From: an uncultured Lentisphaeraceae bacterium
GTDB lineage: Bacteria; Verrucomicrobiota; Kiritimatiellia; RFP12; UBA1067
DNA length: 43,711 bases
Direction: 5' to 3'
NCBI GenBank assembly: GCA_964480555.1
Contig: CAYZQL010000002.1
Span: 1 to 43,711, forward strand
Shown: piece by piece, positions 27,336 through 34,900 of the stretch
Position numbering within the stretch: the first letter of the stretch is position 1
Layout of the letters: every line of letters starts with the position of its first letter
Program-made: the position numbers and the translations under genes
Notes under the pieces: generated by a model
What the model was told of the DNA's origin: nothing
Database searches by the model: none
What the model saw: only the letters and a program-made list of their open reading frames with translations

Positions 27336-30300
27336 TCAGCGCATCAACATCAAGGTTCCCCAACGGTTATAACTGGTGAAGCTTTCGTTCTCCGCCTGCG
27401 TCATGTAGGCGGCGCGGATCCAGTCCGCGCCGCGCGGCACGGTTTCGAGGCGCACCTCGTCCAGCACGCCCGCGAAGGTCTTGGTCGCGTCCGCGTCGCT
27501 GCCCGCATGGCCGAAAGTGAGCGCCTGATTGGTCGGGAGGCCGGCGGCCAGCGCGTCGGGCACCGTGGTCAGCGGCTGTCCGTTGCCGTAGGCCTGCACG
27601 CTCCCCGAGGGATTGACCGCCACGGCGTAGTGGGTCCAGGCTCCGGTGGAGGGCGCGACCAGCGACGCCGCGTCCGCGGCCGCCACCTTCAGCTTGCCGG
27701 CCGCGTTGTTCAGCGTCGCGTACGCCACCGCGCCCGTGCCCGCCAGCACGACCGCCTGGTCCGCGACCGGCGCCTGCTGCTTCGCCCAGAACGAGAAGGT
27801 CTGCGGCCCGGCGGCCGGTTGCGCCCGGGTCCGCACGCGTTGCGCGACCTCCGACCACGCCAGCCCCTCGCCCGCCAGCGCCGCGGCCGCCGCGGGCGCG
27901 GCCTGACCGAGCAGCGCCGCGCCGTTCTGCGCGGCCGAGGCGTCGGCCAGCAGCAGGCGGTCCGTGCCCGTGAAGTGCCACACGCCGCCGAACCCGCCCG
28001 ACCAGACGCGCGCGTTGGACGTGTCCACCGGAATCGCGTAGCGCGCGGACAGATAGGCCTCGATGCGGCGGCGCTCGGTGTCCGAGATGAGCCGGTCATA
28101 GACCAGCACCTCGGCGAGGTCGCCGTCCAGCGGCAGGTCCAGTGCGCCGTCCGAGGTGCCCGCGCCGAAAATGATCACGCTGTCGTTGACGCCGGTTAGG
28201 CCCCAGAGCCCGGCAGGCGCGGTGCTCTGGGTCAGGTTGACGCCGTTGACGTAGAAGCGCGAGGACAGCTCGTCGCACAGCATCGTCGCGATGACCGGCA
28301 CGTTGGTCTGGCACGGCAGAAGCTGGGACACCACGCCGTTGGCACGACGCGTAATCAAACCGTTGGTCACGCTGAGGCGGCTGCTGCTGTTGGCACCCTG
28401 CATGACGACCCGTTCGCTGGCATCGGCCGCGCGCGTGCTGAATACCGCGACTGCGGAATAGGCCTTGCCGATGGGCGAGGCAAGACTCTTCAGGCTGTCG
28501 TACTGGCCCGCGACAGCATCGAAGCGCAGCGCGGGCTTGCTGTTGAAGGAGGCGCCGACTTTCTCGGGCATACGGTTGGTGACGGGCTGCGTGGCATTCA
28601 TCCCGGCGGTGTCGGTCTGATTCTCGCACTTGGAGACGCGCGGGGTCGTGCCGTCCAGGATATCGGCGACCATGTAGTCGCCGCGCAACCACTGGCGCAG
28701 GCCGACCGCAGGCACACGGTGGGCCGAGAGGGCGTCGTATTTCAGCGCCAGATAGCGCTCGACCTGTTGCCGTTCCGTGTATGACAGGGCGCGGTCGTAA
28801 GCGATCACCTCCAGCACGTCGCCGGCCCAGCCGTCGCCGCTGGTGCCGCTGGCGCCCAAGCCGAGAATGTTGGGGCCCAAGTGGACGGCAACCGAAGGAT
28901 AGGCGAAGCCGTTGAGGCTGGCCTGGGTATTGGTGCCGTCGCCGATTATCCCCGCCACGAACGGCCTGCCGACAGGAGGGCGGAGATCGGGGGTTGCGAG
29001 CGTCGTATAGCCGCCCGGCCTGGCCGTAAAGAGAAAGAACTTGCCGGCACCTTCGATGGCGACGCCGCAGTTGTAGCCGGCCGAGCCTTGGACGATGCGC
29101 CGCCAGTTGTACCCTCCCGAGTTCATGAGAAACGTTCCGGCCACGAAATAGGAGTACGGCGTGTTGGTCGCGCTCCAGCCCGTGACCATGCCGTCCTTGG
29201 GAACGATCGCCTCGAAGCGCACAGCGGGCAGGCCGTTCACCGCGTTGGCCATCCACACCGGCTGCATGGCGGCATTGCCTTGCGTCGCGTTGCGCCCGTT
29301 GCCGGACTGGTCGGCCCACGTCGAGACGTAGCCCGAGCCATTGGTGGCGACGCCCGCGCCCGCGTGCAGCCACAGGCCGCAGTTCGGCAGATCGGTCGGC
29401 ACGAACGGGTTCGCGTCAGCCGCCCGGGCGGGGTTCTTCCAGTAGGCCGTGATCTGCGTGTTCCGCACGAGGGCCGGCACCTGCACCCACACATGCGACT
29501 CGCCGTTGGTGTTCCAGGTCTCGGTCTCGTGCTGAAGCACGGCTCCGTCCTCGCCGGTGAAGAGCAGGTCCGCGCCGCCCGCCAGGCAGTCGCGGTAGCG
29601 GAAGCGACCGTTGCCGCACCCGTCCCAAAGCTTGACCAGCGCGGGGAAGTTGGTGAGCGCCGAAGAGCCGGCGTACCCGCCGAAGCGGATCGGCATGGAG
29701 CGCTGCCACGTGCCCAGCGCCGCCGGAGGCTCCTTGTAAAGAACGATGGCGTTGCCCTCGCGCACCGCCCGGTACGGGCAGGGCGCCTCGATCTCCCAGC
29801 CGGAGAGGTCGGTCGCGCCGGTCATGGAGGTCGCCTCGATGATGCGGAGCGAATCGGGGCAGGCCGCGGCCGAGGCGGCCACAAGCTCGACGGTCATGAA
29901 GCCGGGCACTGCGAGAGCGGCATTGACCTTGACGCTGTCGTTGGTGACGGCGTTCACTTGGCAGCGCAGGCGAACGCCGCTGAGGCCAGGCGCCGTGCCG
30001 TAGGTGAGGCAGCCGAAGCCGTCGTTGGCCGAGGGGTCGCCGGGCGCGATGACCGCGCCCGGATATTGCAGGACCGCCCCTGCCGAGGTCACCAGCCCCG
30101 TGCCGCCTAGAGTGCCGCCCGGCATGACCCTGACCTGGCCGGCGCCGAGGCAGCCGGCCGAGGTGCCGTTGGCCAAGGCCGTGCCGCCCTCGATGGTGCA
30201 GGTGCCGGCGTAGGCGCTTGGCTGCGTGAAGGCCCAGACGCCACCCTTGACGGTGACGAACAGCGAGTTGGCGCCGCCGGGCGCGTTGGCGAGCGGCGTG

Positions 30301-31820
30301 TTCAGCGTGTTGACGCCCGCGGAGGTGCCGCCCAGCGAGAGGTAGGCGGGGCCCGCGCCGGGCGTGTCGGCAGCGGCCCACGCGCCGTTGAAGGTCAGGC
30401 CCGCGCCAGCGGGGCTGTTATTCTCGACCGAGCAAAGACGGACAAAGGAGAACGGCCGGTCCGTGGCGGCGGCTTCGGCGCCCACATAGCGGAATCCGCC
30501 GCTGAAGCTGAAACGGCGGTTGCCGAGCAGCACAACGGCATCGTTGCCGGAGGCCGCGCCAAGCGAACTGGGCTGGCCCGCATTCGCCAGGCGCATGATT
30601 TCAGCGGTGCCGGTTTTCAGGACAACGGGGCCGGTGAAGGTGTTAGACGGGCAGGCGAGGGCGAGCGTGCCGGCGAAATCCAGACCCATGCCCAACATGA
30701 TTCCGCCTTCGCCCGAGAGCAGGCCAGAGAGCGTCAGACGCCTGGCCGTGAGCACAGAGAAGGTGTGCGTCCCAACGGGCAACGCGGTGTCCAAGCCCCA
30801 AGTCACCGCCGAAGCGGGGTTGCAGAAGAAGCCGTTGTTCAGGGTCACGGGGTTGCCGGAGAACTGCCAGGCTTGATCCCAGACCATGACACTGTCGAGC
30901 GTCAACCCGGTGAGGTCGTTGGTCGAGACCGTCCGGGCAATGCCATTAAAGGCGAGCATCGGCGCGGCGGGCATGGCCTGCTGCCAGTTGGCGCTGTCGC
31001 TCCAGAGGCCGCTCGACCCCGAACCGCTCCAGACCGGGCCGTCGAAGCCCTCGGCCGTCACGCCGTACCGTGCGGCCAGGTAATCCTCCACCTGCTGTCT
31101 TTCGGTTGTCGTCAGGGCGCGCTCGTAGGCGATCACCTCGGAGATCTGCGCTTCCCCCTCGTCATTGTAGCCGTCAACGCTGCCGATGCTCAGCCGGCCG
31201 GGCGGCATCTTGGCGGTGGGGTTGCCGGTGAGGTCGCGGCCGTTCACAAAAAAGAGCTGATTCGTCGTGGTGGTCACCGCCGAAAGCATGTAGGTGCGGT
31301 TGAAACGATATGCGGATTTTAGCCTCGTGATGTTTCCGCTTAATTCGCCGCTGCCGCCATGCGCGTAGAAGGTTCCGGGCGTGGAGGTTCCGAGGAACCA
31401 GTTCTTGTCGCGCGAGCCCAGAAGGCGGCGCCAAGTGATGCCGAGCTCGTTCCCGTCGAGCACCCGCGCCACAATATAGGTGGTGCAGGCGTTGGTGAGC
31501 GGGGTTCCGGTCAGCAGCCTTGCGTTGTACCCGTTGTTGTAGTTCCGCATGTCGAAATAGACGGTCGGAAGGCCGTTGGGCCCGCTTTCCTGATATAAGG
31601 GCTGACGGTTGACTTCGTTGGTCTGATACGCATGGTTGCCGCTGCCCGACAGATCGGTCCATTGCGACACCCGGCCCGCGCTGTTATTGGTCTGAATATT
31701 GGCCTCGCCTGCCTGCAGCCACATCACGCAGCCCGTCAGATTCGTAGGTTCGAAAGCCTCCGCATCTGGAGACCCAAGAACAGACGCTAAAAGGACCGAA
31801 AGCGTTATCATTCGTCTCAT
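27336..31820 (-). CDS. Giant secreted LamG / PATR beta-strand-repeat / DUF2341 surface protein 1 (about 1,494 aa) with a C-terminal GTLMLMR tail
   Basis: I prefer the ATG at 31820 (AAGGAA upstream), giving the signal peptide MRRMITLSVLLASVLGSPDAEA. The first LamG-type domain begins FEPTNLTGCVMWLQAG...VSQWTDLSGSGNHAYQ. PATR-like repeats include GGIMLGMGLDFAGTLALACPSNTFTGPVVLKTGTAEI. The DUF2341-like block is LTNFPALVKLWDGCGNGRFRYRDCLAGGADLLFTGEDGAVLQHETETWNTNGESHVWVQVPAL. Three more LamG domains follow, and the first three LamG domains each end in a linker like EVIAYDRALSYTERQQVERYLALKYD. Confidence 0.85.
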   Translation of the reverse strand: MRRMITLSVLLASVLGSPDAEAFEPTNLTGCVMWLQAGEANIQTNNSAGRVSQWTDLSGSGNHAYQTNEVNRQPLYQESGPNGLPTVYFDMRNYNNGYNARLLTGTPLTNACTTYIVARVLDGNELGITWRRLLGSRDKNWFLGTSTPGTFYAHGGSGELSGNITRLKSAYRFNRTYMLSAVTTTTNQLFFVNGRDLTGNPTAKMPPGRLSIGSVDGYNDEGEAQISEVIAYERALTTTERQQVEDYLAARYGVTAEGFDGPVWSGSGSSGLWSDSANWQQAMPAAPMLAFNGIARTVSTNDLTGLTLDSVMVWDQAWQFSGNPVTLNNGFFCNPASAVTWGLDTALPVGTHTFSVLTARRLTLSGLLSGEGGIMLGMGLDFAGTLALACPSNTFTGPVVLKTGTAEIMRLANAGQPSSLGAASGNDAVVLLGNRRFSFSGGFRYVGAEAAATDRPFSFVRLCSVENNSPAGAGLTFNGAWAAADTPGAGPAYLSLGGTSAGVNTLNTPLANAPGGANSLFVTVKGGVWAFTQPSAYAGTCTIEGGTALANGTSAGCLGAGQVRVMPGGTLGGTGLVTSAGAVLQYPGAVIAPGDPSANDGFGCLTYGTAPGLSGVRLRCQVNAVTNDSVKVNAALAVPGFMTVELVAASAAACPDSLRIIEATSMTGATDLSGWEIEAPCPYRAVREGNAIVLYKEPPAALGTWQRSMPIRFGGYAGSSALTNFPALVKLWDGCGNGRFRYRDCLAGGADLLFTGEDGAVLQHETETWNTNGESHVWVQVPALVRNTQITAYWKNPARAADANPFVPTDLPNCGLWLHAGAGVATNGSGYVSTWADQSGNGRNATQGNAAMQPVWMANAVNGLPAVRFEAIVPKDGMVTGWSATNTPYSYFVAGTFLMNSGGYNWRRIVQGSAGYNCGVAIEGAGKFFLFTARPGGYTTLATPDLRPPVGRPFVAGIIGDGTNTQASLNGFAYPSVAVHLGPNILGLGASGTSGDGWAGDVLEVIAYDRALSYTERQQVERYLALKYDALSAHRVPAVGLRQWLRGDYMVADILDGTTPRVSKCENQTDTAGMNATQPVTNRMPEKVGASFNSKPALRFDAVAGQYDSLKSLASPIGKAYSAVAVFSTRAADASERVVMQGANSSSRLSVTNGLITRRANGVVSQLLPCQTNVPVIATMLCDELSSRFYVNGVNLTQSTAPAGLWGLTGVNDSVIIFGAGTSDGALDLPLDGDLAEVLVYDRLISDTERRRIEAYLSARYAIPVDTSNARVWSGGFGGVWHFTGTDRLLLADASAAQNGAALLGQAAPAAAAALAGEGLAWSEVAQRVRTRAQPAAGPQTFSFWAKQQAPVADQAVVLAGTGAVAYATLNNAAGKLKVAAADAASLVAPSTGAWTHYAVAVNPSGSVQAYGNGQPLTTVPDALAAGLPTNQALTFGHAGSDADATKTFAGVLDEVRLETVPRGADWIRAAYMTQAENESFTSYNRWGTLMLMR
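27341..27992. repeat. 652-nt near-perfect direct repeat, copy 1 (3' end of the LamG-1 gene)
   Basis: By base-by-base comparison it is identical to 31967-32618 (offset 4626) except at 27974 (A) versus 32600 (G). The ORF track shows identical protein and identical shadow ORFs over both copies. Confidence 0.95.
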
Positions 31821-31961
31821 GATTGTATTCCTTAGGTGCCTTACAAACCAATACCAGCAACAAAAACACGTTGCCTCATACAACGGCAAGGGGTTTTGTG
31901 TCATAGACCTCTTCGTGTCCTCGGTGAACTTCGTGTGAGGATTTCGCCGGCGCGCGCACGC

Positions 31962-34900
31962 TCACTGCATCAACATCAAGGTTCCCCAACGGTTATAACT
32001 GGTGAAGCTTTCGTTCTCCGCCTGCGTCATGTAGGCGGCGCGGATCCAGTCCGCGCCGCGCGGCACGGTTTCGAGGCGCACCTCGTCCAGCACGCCCGCG
32101 AAGGTCTTGGTCGCGTCCGCGTCGCTGCCCGCATGGCCGAAAGTGAGCGCCTGATTGGTCGGGAGGCCGGCGGCCAGCGCGTCGGGCACCGTGGTCAGCG
32201 GCTGTCCGTTGCCGTAGGCCTGCACGCTCCCCGAGGGATTGACCGCCACGGCGTAGTGGGTCCAGGCTCCGGTGGAGGGCGCGACCAGCGACGCCGCGTC
32301 CGCGGCCGCCACCTTCAGCTTGCCGGCCGCGTTGTTCAGCGTCGCGTACGCCACCGCGCCCGTGCCCGCCAGCACGACCGCCTGGTCCGCGACCGGCGCC
32401 TGCTGCTTCGCCCAGAACGAGAAGGTCTGCGGCCCGGCGGCCGGTTGCGCCCGGGTCCGCACGCGTTGCGCGACCTCCGACCACGCCAGCCCCTCGCCCG
32501 CCAGCGCCGCGGCCGCCGCGGGCGCGGCCTGACCGAGCAGCGCCGCGCCGTTCTGCGCGGCCGAGGCGTCGGCCAGCAGCAGGCGGTCCGTGCCCGTGAG
32601 GTGCCACACGCCGCCGAATTCGGATGACCACACCGCGGGGTTCACCCGGGCCATGGGGATCGCGTAGCGCGCGGAGAGGTAGGCCTCGACGCGGCGGCGC
32701 TCGTTGTCCGAGATCAGCCGGTCATAGACCATCACCTCGGCGAGGTCGCCGTCCAGCGGCAGATTGAGTGCGCTGTCGCCGGTGCCCGCGCCGAGATAGA
32801 AGACACTGCTGCCGGCACCGACTTTCCAGAGTCCTACCGGCGCACCGCTCTGAGTCAGGTTGACGCCGTTGAGATAGAACCTGGATGTCTGCGCGTCACA
32901 GGTCATGACCGCGATGGCCGCCTGATTCGTCTGCGCCGGCGCGAACTGCGACACCACGCCGGAGGCCTGCCGCAGGATCAGCCCGTTGGTGACGCTGAGA
33001 CGGCTGGTGGCGCCGGCACCCTGCAGGACAACCCGTTCCGTCCCGTCGGACGCCCGCGGCGCGAAGACCGCCACCACGGAGTAGGTCGTGTCCAGCGCCA
33101 CCAAGGTGGCCTTCATGCTGTCGTACTCGCCCGCCACGGCGTCGAACCGCAGGACCGGCTTGCCGTTGAGCGCCCCGGCGATTTTTTCGGGCATACGGTT
33201 GGTGGTGCTTTGCAGGGCGTGAACGCTGTTCCCGTATTGCGTCTGGTTGTCCCAGCGTTTGACCCGGTTTACCGCGCCGTCGGCGACGTCGGCGACCGCG
33301 TCTTCGGAACGCAGCCACTGGACCAGGCCTGCGGAGGGCACCCGATGGGCGGAGCGCATGTCGTACTTCAGCGCGAGGTAGCGCTCCACCTGCCGCCGCT
33401 CCTCGAACCCCAGCGCGCGGCTGTAGACGATGACCTCGAAAATATGGCCCAGCCACGGGTTGCTGCTGACGCCGCCGTGACCCAGAATCAGCGTGCCGGG
33501 TCCGTGGTGCTTGGCGAGCGGCGTGAACCCGAAGCCGTTCAGCGTGAACTGCGTGTTCGTGCCGTCACCCAGGATCGCCGCCACGAACGGCACGCCGCCC
33601 ACGGGACGGATCCCCGTGTTCGCGATCGCATAAAATCCACTCCCGCCCGCACCGGTGGGGATGAAGGGGTAGAAATCCCCCCCCGACCCGTTCAGCTCGA
33701 CACCCCAGTTGTAATTGGCCGGGCCGGTCATGATCCGGTACCAGCTATACGTCGTGCTCTCCTGATAACTGGCAGTCACAAAAACCGAGTAGGTGCCGTT
33801 GCTGGTGCCCCAGGTCGTGGTCAACCCGTCTTTGTAGGCCCCCCCCTCGAAGCGCAGACCGGGCAGGCCGTTGACCACGTTGTTGGTCAGGCAGGGCTGA
33901 TACCGGGAATCGCTCCGCACGGCCTCATGCCCGTTGCCCGACTGGTCGGCCCAGCGCGAGACAAGCCCGGCGCCGTCGGCCGTCACACCCGCGCCGGCGT
34001 GCAGCCACATGGCGCAGCCCGTCAGGTCGGTCGGCAGGAAAGGATTCGCGTCCGTCGCGCGGGCCGGGTTTTTCCAGTGCGCGGTGATCTCGGTGTTGTG
34101 GACCAGCAGCGGCACCCGTACCCAGACGTGCGACTCGCCGTTGGTGTTCCAGGTTTCGATCTCGTGATCCAGCCACGCGCCCGCCTCATCGGTGAAGAGC
34201 AGGTCCGCCCCGTCGGCCAGGCAGTCGGCGTACCGGAAGCGGCCGTTGCCGCACCCGTCCCACAGTTTGATCAGCGCCGGGAAGTTGGTGAGTTCCGCAT
34301 GGCCGTCGTACCCGCTGAACCGCACCGGCATGGAGCGCTGCCACGCGGCCAAGTGCGGCGGCGGCTCTTTCACGAGCACCACGGCGTTGCCCTCCACCAC
34401 GGCGCGGTAGGCGCACGGCGCCTCGATGTCCCAGCCGGAGAGGTCCACGCTGCCGGTCAGGGAGACCGCCTTGACGATTGTGAGCCGGTCCGGGCACGCC
34501 TCTTCGGAATCGGCCTCGACGCGCACGGTCATGAAGCCGGGCGGCGACCAGGCGGTTTCGATGAGGATCAAGTCATTCGTCTGAGCCGTGGTCTGGCAGC
34601 GCAGCTCCATGCCGTTCAGCACCGGCGCGGCGGAGAAGGTCAGCGTGCCGATGCCGTCCTCCACGTCCGGATTGCCCGGAACCAGGACCGCCCCGGGCAT
34701 CAGGCTCAACGAGGCATAGCCGGCCAGCCGGCCCGTGCCGCCCAAAACGCCGCCCGCTTTGATCGTCACCGTACCCGCGCCCAGATAACCCGAGGTCGTG
34801 CCCCCGACGAGCACGCTGCCGCCCTCGACCGTCAGTCCTCCGGTGAACGTGTTTGCCGAGGAAAAGGCCCAGACGCCGCCGGTGATCTTCACAATCAGAC

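Noticed and set aside
27223-27363. The N-terminal extension of the GH20 ORF (listed start 27363) and the overlapping 641-aa ORF at 25253-27178
   Set aside because: The extension would translate the palindromic repeat element and overlap the LamG-1 stop. The ATG at 27222 has a GGAG RBS and yields a normal signal peptide. The 641-aa ORF is an out-of-frame Arg/Gly-rich shadow.
27341-32618. The idea that the LamG repeat pair is a diversity-generating retroelement (template repeat / variable repeat)
   Set aside because: There is no reverse transcriptase or accessory gene in the window. The two copies differ at a single site rather than at many adenine-specific positions, and both copies are in-frame coding ends of full-length genes. 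Gene conversion is the simpler reading.
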